Translations under genes and position numbers: made by a program
Notes under the pieces: model-generated
The model's input: the letters and a program-made list of their open reading frames with translations, nothing else
Databases searched by the model: none
Told to the model about the DNA's origin: nothing
Part shown: piece by piece, positions 1 to 11,504 of the stretch
Position numbering within the stretch: position 1 is the stretch's first letter
Layout of the letters: each line of letters opens with the position of its first letter
From: Octopus bimaculoides
Lineage: Eukaryota
Assembly: GCF_001194135.2 (NCBI RefSeq)
Contig: NC_068981.1
Span: 61,103,054 to 61,153,757, forward strand
Reading direction: 5' to 3'
Length of the DNA: 50,704 nt

Positions 1-89
1 ATATACATATATACATGCATACATACTCATTTATTATATACATGTATATATATTTATATGCATATATGTATATACGCACATGAATATGT

Positions 90-133
<44 letters not shown>

Positions 134-288
134 GTAAAATAGCTGACTGTCTTCAAGATTCGCCTCAAGGATTTAGCAAAAACATCACAAACTATTAATT
201 TCAGTTTAATAATAAATCTTAAACAAAAACACTCAACGAAATTTCAGATCGAAAACACGTTGTAGAACGTTTTGTTTTATATAATAGC

Positions 289-478
289 ACATTCTTCCAT
301 TTATATATCCAGATTTTAAACAGATGCAATTTCAATTCTGCAAGATAGGTGCCAAAAAGTCCAAGTCTCTTTAATAATCCAATTTCTGTTTAAACGTGAT
401 TTTTACTGTAACCGAAAACCATAATTACAATGGCAAACACCAAACACCAATATTATATGTTAACCCTCATTCCTCACC
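289..478. repeat. Dispersed repeat, copy 1 (paired with 2990-3161)
   Basis: Aligns by eye with 2990-3161, e.g. ATTTTAAACA(G/C)ATGCAATTTCA(A/G)TTCTGCAA, CCAATTTCTGTTTAAAC and AAACACCAATATT. Confidence 0.8.
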
Positions 479-774
479 TTAGACTCCCAAACCTAAACCT
501 AATTTTAAATCTTAAATTCTACCTTCAACGCTACGGCTATGTTTTGTGTAGAACCACAATCTCCTATGCTGGAAGTATATATTTGTAGAAAAGTTAGCTT
601 GCAAATGAAAAGATTCACTACAACGCACTTACTTTTGAACTAAATGTGCAAAGAAAAGGATAAACAATTGTAATTTTGCAAGCATGTATTTGCTAATTGT
701 AATCTCTGCTGCTGAAAACATGTCTTGGAAGTAATATTTGAGAAAAGAAAAACAGAAACAACATAAAACTTAGG

Positions 775-1010
775 AATCATTCCTCTTCAAAACTTCAACT
801 AACGAAAGTTTGTAAGACTTCACTTGCCCCAGTTTCTTGCATTCTAATTCCACCTATTGTAACCCCGTAGATTAGTACATGCGGAGCGAAGTTGATAAAG
901 GTACCAAGGCCGAGCTTTTGGCCAAGGTCAAGGAAGTGCACGAAGATCTTTCCAAGGACACAGTGAGGGTCGGATGCACCAGACTTCAGATTGGAGAGTG
1001 GCTACTTTAA
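775..1010 (+). mobile_element. Tc1/mariner (maT/DD37D-like) transposase C-terminal remnant
   Basis: Reads ...SNSTYCNPVD*YMRSEVDKGTKAELLAKVKEVHEDLSKDTVRVGCTRLQI, matching the WPPNSPDCNPLDYYVW...TKAxLxxxIKxVFExLxxxxVxxACxRF pattern. It carries a stop codon and I found no TIRs. Confidence 0.7.
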
Positions 1011-2099
1011 GGAAACTGTTATTTCCTAGCCATAAAGTAGTAAATATGTGTTGATGTCTTTGAAAGACATTTTGGCATTTGAATAGAATATAGTGTTTTA
1101 GTTTCCTTTTATTTGAAATGTTAAATTTAGTCTGAACCCTCTACTCATTCTATACAAATATAATTAAACTATTAATCTCGAAACGAATGAGTCAACACTA
1201 TTATGTATATGTTCACCATCTTTGAACCATCTTTACTCTAATCTGCTGATTCTGTATGTGAAATATATCGTCATTAGAAGGCTGTATATCACAAATTAGA
1301 TGTGCTGAATGCTGAAAGTTATACCTTTTGTTTGAAAACATATTAATGAATAATTACAGTTGATTAGGTAGTGTGCAAACATGTGACACAATTACATATA
1401 TATGTGGCTGTATATATGTTGAAAGCTTTGGTACCATCCGTTTTTATTATCAATACATTATATTAACGCTGAGGAAGTGCAGAAATACAATCGGACCATG
1501 CATTTCTACATATCACACACACACATCGTTATTATTATGCATAATTGTCGTAAGGCCAAAGGGTTGCTTTGTCAGAAAACGAAAAACTAACTCCACCATC
1601 ATATAAGAAAACCATTGTACTATACTTGGACAATTTTTGATATCATAGCATCTAAGGCAGCTGGAGATACGATAGTTTTACCCAAAGAACCTGCTATTGC
1701 AAGTAAAAATGAATATTGAAAAAAGACCGCATTTGGACATACGTCAGTTTAACATAATAGAAACTATATGTGCATGTGTGCGTGTTTATGTGTGTGTGTT
1801 TGTGTTGTGTGTGAGTATGTTTGTGTGTGTGTGTGTGTGAGTATATCTGTGTGTGTGTGTGCATAGTCATTTATTGATTCATATATTAGTTGACCTATTC
1901 CAGAATATAAAGGTGCATGATACTTTAAAAAAGAATGAAGATATCATCTAATAAATGAATGCGTGTACTCACTCCTACAAAGTACAGTATTCCATTTATT
2001 AAAATATCTACACCCATATCAATTATCAACTTGTTTTTGGCAGAAACCATGCCGTTCAAAACATTTGTGATCGAGAGTTATTTCTATAAGTATATTTTA

Positions 2100-2900
2100 A
2101 CCGATTCATGTTTCTGATATCGCAATTCATTTCTTTGATACATGGAAAACAAATGCATTTCATCGTTTCCTTCTCAACAAGATCTATATAATCCAGGACT
2201 TACACAAATAATGGCTGCATATTTCATTGTCCATCCTCTTCAAGGAATATGTTGGAAAGGAGTCATAAAGCTTCGTAGCGGTGGTCTTTCTGTAATCGAA
2301 GGTATTTAACCACAGTCATTTGAACAGTCAAAATATCTACCCATTTCTTATTTGAGCCAATATTGTGTAGTAATATTGTCATAATATCCAATATCGGCTT
2401 GCAAACAGCTTGAATGGAATACAGCTATACATATCGCAATGTTGATCTACTTGTGAGTATTCTTAATGAAAAAATTTGTTTATATATTATTACACTGCTG
2501 CATATGATTCTCTCCATGATTTTTGAAACATGAGATCTATGGGGAACAGATGCCTTCTTATATCTTTTTAATAAAGAATCAATGTTATTGCAGAATCTTT
2601 CAGAATTTTATTCCGACCTCGAGTATTAAAATAACAATAGAATATAATCTTCAGGGTATAAGAGGTAGTCTTTACAGAATTTCCGATGTGGAACAGACAG
2701 TTATACCGTATGAAGTCAATATTGCATCAAGATATGATTTTTATTTTGCTCACTGGTAAATCGATATGCAAATGGAGTATAAGAGAATTTGTTATCTGAT
2801 CAAATATATGAGGATATTAAATACAACGTTGTTTCATATTGTTATAAAGATACATCCTAATTTCTTGTAACATCCTTGATATACAACTATGAATTTTTGA
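2100..2900 (-). mobile_element. Possible highly decayed LINE reverse-transcriptase remnant
   Basis: Scattered minus-strand peptides SHVSKIMERII, VPHRK and LDAI..IDF resemble LINE RT motifs, but their order is inconsistent and there are many stops. Confidence 0.25.
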
Positions 2901-2989
2901 TGTTTAACAATAAACGCTTTTTTTTTAATATGTAACAACAAAAATTCATATTTCTTATAATCTTTCTTGTTCAATAAGAAAAATATTGA

Positions 2990-3161
2990 ACATTTTCCCA
3001 TTTTTAAACCCAAATTTTAAACACATGCAATTTCAGTTCTGCAAAATATCTGACAAAATTCCAAGTTACTTTAATACTCCAATTTCTGTTTAAACAGAAA
3101 ACCATACTCGCAATTGTAAACACAAAACACCAATATTGTATGTTAAACCTCATCTCTCACC
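2990..3161. repeat. Dispersed repeat, copy 2 (paired with 289-478)
   Basis: Same orientation as copy 1, about 2.7 kb downstream. Confidence 0.8.
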
Positions 3162-3259
3162 CCTGGAATATACGGTGCAGTACAGCAGGATACAGATTGT
3201 CTATCATATTGAAAAAAAAAAAAACGTTCTTAAAAATAAGATGAAGGTTAGAACAAAAC

Positions 3260-3740
3260 ATCAACAACAACAACAATAGCATAGCAATGTCATTGTTAAT
3301 TACAACAATAGTGAGAAGAACAATAACAAAACTGATAACCACAACGTCCCCCACACAAACAATTACAAAAACAACAACACAAACATACGAAACTAAAACA
3401 GCAATTATAACAATAGCAACAACAACAACAATAACGATGATAATAACAACAATAACAACAACAACAACAACACCCCTCACACAGACCACATACTAACCAC
3501 AACGTCATCCGCACCGCCACCAACACCAACACTCTCCACAACAATAACAACAACCACAATAACAATAACAACAATGAACATAGTACAGGCACTATCACCA
3601 CCACCACCAATAACAACAACAACAAAAACAATACCAATAATGCCAGCAACATCAATGCCACTAACTGTAACAACAACAACAGCCACAACAATAGTAACAC
3701 CAGTAGCACCCTACACTCAGTTTTCTATAACCCTAACAAC
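3260..3740. repeat. Degenerate (ACA/CAA)n trinucleotide low-complexity tract
   Basis: ACA/ATA/CCA-rich. It produces the Thr-rich (+) and Val/Leu-rich (-) ORFs in the track. Confidence 0.85.
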
Positions 3741-3759
3741 AAATCATACGACATGGTGA

Positions 3760-4990
3760 GGATCTGCCCCACTTACTTAACATTCAACAAAAGGGTATGT
3801 ATCCTACCACAGACTGACAGTGAGAGAGAGGTATAGATTTCCTTAGCTAGAAATAGTCTCCGACATTTCTAAGACCGGTATAACAAAACTACTAAAAAAC
3901 ATAATGAGTGGGGAAACCCACAAACTCAGTTCATCTCTTGCCAAAAGTCTACAAATACTGAAGCAGCGAATTAGGAACAAGGAATCAGTGTGCCTCCCTA
4001 CGGACAAGTCTGGCAGACTGTCGACAGACAGTCTAGAGAATTATGTCCAGACCATGGAACAACACATCAGTAGCATGAAAGAAGTTGCCCCATAGGAACA
4101 TGAAAGAGTGCAAAAACTATGAAATACACACATGGAAATGTGGTGCAACATTTTCCAACCCAAGAAACCTACTGCACACAATTTTCAAGCAATCAACAGC
4201 GATGTCCGTACGCTATACGGGTTACGTAAGAACTATAAACCCCACGTAAACCCTAATATAGGGCCCCCAACCCGCCCAGATTGCGGAGCGAATATCTCCA
4301 GCAATTACAGGACAGTCTACGTTCTGTCACAGGTGTTACGACCACTCAGATGTAGCTTCACTCTACCTATTTATAGACAAAGATTTTGCAATGGGAAAAC
4401 ATATCGAGATTATCTGTGAGAGAGCAGTAGTGTTCTGAGAAGTCAACAAAGAGTTTTTGAGAAAGCAAACAGGGTGAGCACATGGTACAAGGGGGACAAA
4501 TATCAAGGAGTGATGTTTATACAGGCCACAGCCCATAGAGAACTAGCCCGTAGAAGTAGGAAAGCTCTGAAGGAGGCTAAACTCAACATTATGATCGTTC
4601 AATGGGGAGGGAGCTCCATCAGATTACAATTATGTAAGACGTACCGCGTTGAGGATATCACATGCACCAATGAGAACTGCATGATATGCAAGATTAACCC
4701 TGACTTTATCTGCAGAACCAGAAATGTTGTCTACAGCATAAGGTGCATAGAGGTTGCTTATAAAGACAATAACATAATATACAAAGGTAAAACATCTAGA
4801 AGCATTGCGGAGAGACTAAATGGACATTTGAGATGATATGAGGAACCAAAACAGTTCTCCATACTCTACCAACATACCAAATGCCAGCATAGAGGCACAC
4901 TGGGTCGACTTGATATCCATTTTATCCAAGCACATGAAAGACCCAACACTCAGACTAATACAGTATTACGTCCTTATAAATTAAGCATCC
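3760..4990 (+). mobile_element. Penelope-like retroelement remnant (pre-RT, linker and GIY-YIG endonuclease; RT core missing)
   Basis: LPTDKSG (ORF 3904), LYGLRKNYK..GPPTRP (ORF 4132), and CRTRNVVYSIRC...IIYKGKTSRSIAERLNGH (ORF 4474), the last being the GIY-YIG signature. Fragmented across frames. Confidence 0.85.
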
Positions 4991-5821
4991 CCTGTACTAT
5001 ATAGGAGATATACGTGGAAGGAAGTGATACCACAATACCCACGGTTTATACGTACACAGGTAGATTTGCTAGTAGGCTGCTATGTAGACGTATATATATA
5101 TATATATATATATATAAATGAACAAATTAATGAAAATAATTCCTTCAGATAGGAGTGTGAAACATCCAATTCACTGGTACGTCAGTTAAATACCATATAA
5201 ATATGTATATAACGCAAATTACAACGATAAAATTAAATGCAGAGATACAATTGCCAATCCAATATTTTATTTATATTATAATATAAAATAATATACTATA
5301 TAAGATAGCATAAACAATTATTAAATCATCAAAAGGCCAAAAATTTCTTTCGACTTATATACATTCTTTGATATATAAATAATTCCCTTATATATAGGCC
5401 TCCTTCAGAGCCCGAGGTCAAAGATAGGCGAAATTCCGCATGAAAGGACGACTGGATTATAAAAAAATGCTTCAAATGCCTATGCATTATGAGCGTGAGC
5501 GTTAAGTATTCAATTACATATCAATTACAATTAAAATTTACATGTAATGAAATAGCTAAAGCTCACCTTCATATAACATTATCATTTGAGTTAATTTCTT
5601 TACAATATATCAGTCCTTTCACACGGAATTTCATCTATCCTAAAATTCTGGCTCTGCAGAGGCTTATATATAACGGAATTGTTTCTATATGAAACAATGT
5701 AAATAAGTCGAAACAAATAGTTGGCTTTATGATGATTTAACAATTGTTTATGGTATGTTATATCATAATATAAATAAGCTATTGGATTGTCAGTTGTATC
5801 ACTCTATTTAATTTTATCTTC

Positions 5822-5858
<37 letters not shown>

Positions 5859-5868
5859 NNNNNNNNNN
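5859..5868. other. Assembly gap (10 N) within (TA)n
   Basis: N run. Confidence 1.
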
Positions 5869-6089
5869 TATATATATATATATATATATATCAAATGGAT
5901 GTCTTATAAAACTATTCCCATATACAATAACAGCCATTCGAAAAATCCAACACACATCCATCACCAGCTGCCCCACGGATATCACTATAGTTTCGATATC
6001 TTGGCAGTACTGTTCAATCTGGTGGTGTCCACAGCAATAAAATAAGTGTTGAAAGTAGGTCGATATGTAGATAGGTGGGTACATAAATA

Positions 6090-6510
6090 ATACGGACAGA
6101 CAAGCACACACACTTGCATACACACATAAAAGAAGACTGAAACACATGACCATAAACACACACGAACACTTCACATACACAAGGGCACCTATGGAGATAC
6201 ATACCCATACATAACAGATGCCCGTAAATAGTTACACAAACCCATATACATAGGCACACTGAAATATGCACACACACGAAGACAGAACTGCACACAGAAA
6301 TACGCACACGCACGCATACCCAAACATGAACACACAAACACATGAATATGGAGGATACATCCAAATCTACATACACACATACACATACATGCATACAGAC
6401 ACACGCATACATACATACATTCATACATGCTCACATCCATTCATCCATCCATACATACATATGTATATACACATGCACTCTGGCGCATACACATGCACAC
6501 AAACAAATAA
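6090..6510. repeat. CA/ACAT-rich low-complexity tract
   Basis: Degenerate ACAC/ACAT repeats, the source of the His/Thr and Cys/Val ORFs. Confidence 0.85.
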
Positions 6511-8569
6511 ACAGACAAAATCCGATAACGGGACAGAATCAACGACTGTTAAAGATGTTGCAAGAAGCAACGAAAATTTAAGAAAAAAATAAATGACTGA
6601 GTGTGTTAATTAATAAGCCATTAGAACAGAATTAGTCTCTCCAGACACAATGAAATATGATTCAGCACAGGAATTCACACAAACAACCATGCAAACCAAA
6701 TACAAAAATGAAAGAAAAGCATTGGTATTTGACTAATTGTAGATTTTCCAATGACCAGAAATTATAGTGGGTAGATGTATGTTGACGTTAGGAAATATGC
6801 TTCGTATCACGTTTGAAATAGTCATTAACAAAGTTATATACGGTCAATTCTGTAAAGATTTTGACATATATTCTATATGGATGGATGGTGCTACTTTCTC
6901 AAATTAACAATATCCTGGTATGTAAATGGTGTTACAATGTAATGCGAAGTAATGAATTAGCTTACGCTTGTTTTCCAAGATGTTTTTAACGTTTGATTTA
7001 ACTAAGACTCTGAAAAATAAGATGAGAATAATAATAATGATAATAATTACAACAATAATGGTATAGATGAAAATGTAATAATAATGTTATTAATAATAAC
7101 CGTTATTATTGCGATCCTTATTATTATCAATTAGCTAAATAATCAGTATCCACGATGGAACAAAGCAAATTAATCTTGAACTAAGAACACACACTGGAAT
7201 AAGATAATTGAAAGAGAACAATTCTTACAGACACGGAGAACATAACTACCACAAACGCTGTGAAATGAAAGATATTTCAACGGAATCAGTCTAAATTTTA
7301 AAAAGTATTAAAACTAAATCTAAAAAAGTATTAGAACTGAAGAAAAAAATGAAAGAAGTCATCTCACTTGAAAATTCCAAATTAAACCAAATAAACTGAA
7401 TTTAAATTAATTAAAGGATTCACAAGGAAACTAGGTACTTTCTGACAGAGTCCCGACACCTCCGTCATAAGTCTAATATAGACAGAATATACCTATCTTG
7501 TACACAAAGTATCATAGCTGTGATAGAGTCAGACAGCTATTACAATAAAACAGTCGACGACAGTCGTAAAACATACGAGATAGAATAAGGAACGAATAAC
7601 CGCTTTTCTCTGGATGTAAGAAACAAGAAAATACAATGGAGTAATACACTAAACTAAAATAAAAGATTTAGATCTGTTAAAACATGAACAATTTAAAAGA
7701 AGACAATAGACTAAAACCGTAATTGATTTGTAAATGAAAGAAAACAAAACTGAGAATTTAACAATAAACAATGATAGAAATAAATTCAAAAAACGCTTTG
7801 AAAGCAAGGGACAGAGAGCAGAAATGCGTAATCCCATCTGTGTCTGCCTAATTAAAACTTGTAAGAAACTACAAAATGTAGAACACTTAAGAAAAAGCAG
7901 CCAGCACAATGCGTTGTTTGACGAACTAAACTGTCTGGTCAGTGTTTGACAGTTTCAAATATATACACGAACACAATCAGTGTTTATGTCCACTGAACAA
8001 TATGTTAAAAAGTCGATATGAACTCATAATAGTATTAACCTGACCCAAAACAGAATATCTGACAACTGTCTGGTTACAAACATTTTAGGAATACCTAATG
8101 GAGCTGACAAGAGTTTCCAGATGAAACTTCCAAGTATAATAAATAATAAATGAATTAAATTATAATAATCAAATCCTTCATACTAATATATATCTTTAAT
8201 TTCTCTTATCAAAATATTCCGAGAAAATTGTTGAAAAGCTGTCTAAGCATCTTGAATCAAACGGGATGTAATGCATCAAATTAAACAAAGCCGCTCCAGT
8301 ACTTGGAGCTCTAGGTAATATACAAAATATCAGCAAAGTATATGATATATCAGAGTACAAAAATATGCACACAATTTCCAAAAGAGTGATCTTCTAAGCA
8401 CGGTTTACACCCTAAGCAAAACCTGCTTAATTCAGTAATCAAATAGCACATTCTGTACCTACAACACAAATACATACGCGCGCGCACGGGCACACGCACG
8501 GGCACACGCACGGACACACATAGTAAACAAAATAATATGGGAATCTAATTGAACTTTCATATTAATTTT

Positions 8570-10330
8570 TATCCAGTTAGTCCACGATGCATGGTCTTAC
8601 GTTGGTTCTAACAAACTTTGTTTCTCCCTGCAGTCTTTCTGCAACAGCAACCATATCTCGCTCTTAATAATTTCTGCCTCTATTTTCGGAAATGTGCAGC
8701 GTTTTTGTGGCAATCAGATAATTTTAACATTTTTTTTCTAGATTTTAACTTCATTTAGTCTTTTGGTTTCCCTATCTCCTACTGTTACACAAGCAACTCC
8801 TAATAAACTTTGCTCAGTATTAACTACGTTGGAAGCTATATCTAGTCTAGCTAACTCCACACAATCTTCTGATAACTCTCAGCCACATACTTTTTCTAGG
8901 TAAATACAATCTTTCTGCTCCTTCTGTAGGATGAGACCTTCAATTCGTATCAAATTCATTTCTAGTTTTTCTGTGTAGATTTTCTAATTCCGATTCTGTT
9001 CAATCTACAATAACTGATAAATATCTAAGTAACGATTCTACCCAAGTATTTATAGCCTTGACTAGATTCAGACCTTGTTGCTTCGACTTCATCAACTTCC
9101 TCACCCTCCTGATGTACACTTCAACTTTTTATTTCAGTTGTATAGTTGATACCCTGTCAGATTCTGATACACCCATGTACGTATCATCTCACCTTTGTTT
9201 CGATGATTTAATGTCGAGCCATGTGGTAACTCTATGCCTAAATTACTGACTTCCTGTAAGTCAGCAATGAAAGCATTTAATACATGTCTTATAGTCTTAT
9301 GCCTGAAGTGTCTTATAGTTAGTGTTCAAGCTGCTACGACGAATGCTCTCAGAAAGAATTTATGAGCATCTTCACAGCATTCGTCGTAGTAGCTTGAACA
9401 CTAATGTTAATTAACTGAACGGTTTATAATTATTAGTTTTATTGCCCTAGCCTTTGTCTTTCGTAACCAATACTTTTTTTCTCCAATTAAGTATGACCTT
9501 CCATTCTGGCAATCCTGAATCTGTTTTCTCTGTCTCCTATGTAAGTTCTAAGCTGCTTTAACCAATAGCTTTGAACTAGCTCTTGTCATAGACCCGTCCT
9601 ATCCCTTATTCTTACAAACACTTTGGTCATTAATACCCAAGTTAATTTTAAATCTGGCTACTTTTCAGCAGATACTTCTTCCCTCACTTTCTTTAACCAT
9701 GCTGCATTCCAATCATGATTAAAATGCTTGTCCCAAATACATCCCGGAGCTTTTTAAGCTTCCGCATTATGCGTCTCTTCTTCAGTACTTTCTTCTACAA
9801 AATTTATTTGGCTATAAGATATCTCTTCTGGTGTGTCACAGACAGCCTGTTCTGTTGATTGCGATCGATTCTTTTTTTGATATCTGGAAAGCGTACCTGC
9901 TAATCCTATGAGACACACTTTAAGCTCTTTCACGACTCTCGGAAATACGTTTTTTGGTTGTGATTAAGCATTTTCTAAATCTCTTGTATCCTAACTTGTC
10001 CTGTTACCAGACTTCTATTCCACTTAGATCTTGTCGTAAAGCTTACTTTCTAATCTCCTGTTTCTGTTCCTGCGTATTCTTTCTCTGAGGTATACCTAGT
10101 ATTTTAGTAACTATTCCTTCTGTATAGATCAATGATAAACAGTAACCTACAGATAACAGAATCTACATTCCTGGTAATATCTAGCGTATTCCTTCTTTTA
10201 GCACGTTTTAATGATGGTAACATTTTCCGTTCTTCTTTCCTTCAACTCATCTAAAATATTCTGATATTCCTCACTTACGTTGGTAGTGTCGGATTTCTCT
10301 TACTAACTGGTAGTGTTATTACTTTTCATG
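8570..10330 (-). mobile_element. R4/Dong-like non-LTR retrotransposon remnant with most of the RT core deleted
   Basis: Minus strand reads RRLESK..RQDLS, RYQKRIDRNQQNRL, WLKKVREE, then YMGVSESD...YIRRVRKLMKSKQQGLNLVKAINTWVESLLRYLSVIVD* and LHRKTR..HPTEGAERLYLPRK. These are typical R4/Dong motifs (KAINTW, RLYLPRK). Confidence 0.8.
9319..9404. repeat. Inverted repeat/hairpin: 29-bp arms (28/29 match), 28-nt loop
   Basis: TTAGTGTTCAAGCTGCTACGACGAATGCT (9319-9347) is the reverse complement of AGCATTCGTCGTAGTAGCTTGAACACTAA (9376-9404) apart from one position. Confidence 0.95.
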
Positions 10331-10434
10331 TAGTCTCTTCCGTGCTTTGAACTATATCGCTGATGCATCATGCTTCATACTGATGCGTGTTGTTTGTCTG
10401 TCCTACTTCATAGTCTTTCTATCCTCCTTTCTTT

Positions 10435-10553
10435 CTATCTTCTTCTTCTTCTTCGTGTTCTTCTTCGTCATCTTCTTTTTCTTAATATCAGTAATAGCAA
10501 TGGCAGCAGCAGCAGCAGCAGAGAGCAAGTGCAGCAACAGCAGCAGTAGCATT

Positions 10554-10614
<61 letters not shown>

Positions 10615-10650
10615 ACTACAGCAGCAGCAGCAGCAGCAGCAGCAGCAATA
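10435..10650. repeat. Compound microsatellite (TTC)n-(GCA)n-(AGT)n-(GCA)n
   Basis: Directly visible. It explains the poly-F/A/S ORF at 10347. Confidence 0.95.
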
Positions 10651-11451
10651 CCAATAATCGCAGTGTTGCAGAATCTGTCCAATGTGTTTTAAATGTGAAC
10701 TGCAAATGTGAGGAAGAACTAATCAACTAATGAATGAAAGACGAATAATGAGTGACAGTTGATCACTTCTTCGACGCGAAATACAGCGTAGGTACTTTTC
10801 GTGCACATAGGCTACCAATCTGCAAAGAAATCTATAGATATAATCAAGGGTAAGAACAATGTAATTCAAAGCTCTAATTTTCAGCAAATGTGGAATTTCT
10901 AATCTTCGTTACACTAAGAAAATCGTCAGGGCTTGATGACTTATACCAAGTGATATAGTCTCTAGTGAGTTTGCATTTCCGAAATGCACATCGGAACAGG
11001 ATAGAAATATTCCATGTTATTTAACCTTAGGAGTAATAATTTCGCAGTGAAAACAACTGAAGTTAATACACAGAATATAACAAAAAGTAGATTTTTCCGT
11101 TAACACAGAGGCTGGAACGCTGTTACGTGCAGCCTTATGGCAAGAGACGATACCACAAATATATTATACTTATAATGTTGGAATATGATTAACATTGCAG
11201 AAGTGAATCTGACTTCCACCCGGAATACTTAATGATTTTCTGGAGGACAATTCAATCTAGAGATTACGGCTAAATTCTAGTCGATCTTGATCTGACACTA
11301 ATACAGGTGGAAGGGTTATCTGTTTGGGATATACTATAGATACGTTCAAAGTACAACCAACCTATCGTGCCTGAGAGTAATGCAGAAAAATTTCTAATTT
11401 TAAAATTATTAACACAATACACGTAAGAAGTTTGCTGTTCATTTTCTTCAG

Positions 11452-11504
11452 AATTTTGGCTGTATCCTTACACGTATTTGCATTACTTCTGTAAGCTGGA
11501 ATCG
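11452..11504 (+). other. Candidate 53-nt exon, unassigned (xFWLYPYTYLHYFCKLES)
   Basis: Acceptor TTCATTTTCTTCAG and donor TCG|GTATGT with open frames between them. No homology recognised. Confidence 0.15.

Noticed and set aside
3157-3759. Thr-rich mucin-like and hydrophobic ORFs
   Set aside because: They are translations of a degenerate ACA repeat, open in several frames on both strands and interrupted by stops.
5880-6060. Short GC-richer stretch with open frames (e.g. RYRNYSDIRGAAGDGCVLDFSNGCYCIWE*)
   Set aside because: No convincing splice sites or recognisable homology.
7400-8150. Possible retroelement 5' region (ORF 7734)
   Set aside because: No diagnostic motif was found.
10347-10730. 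127-aa ORF with hydrophobic and poly-Ser segments
   Set aside because: It is produced by compound microsatellites.
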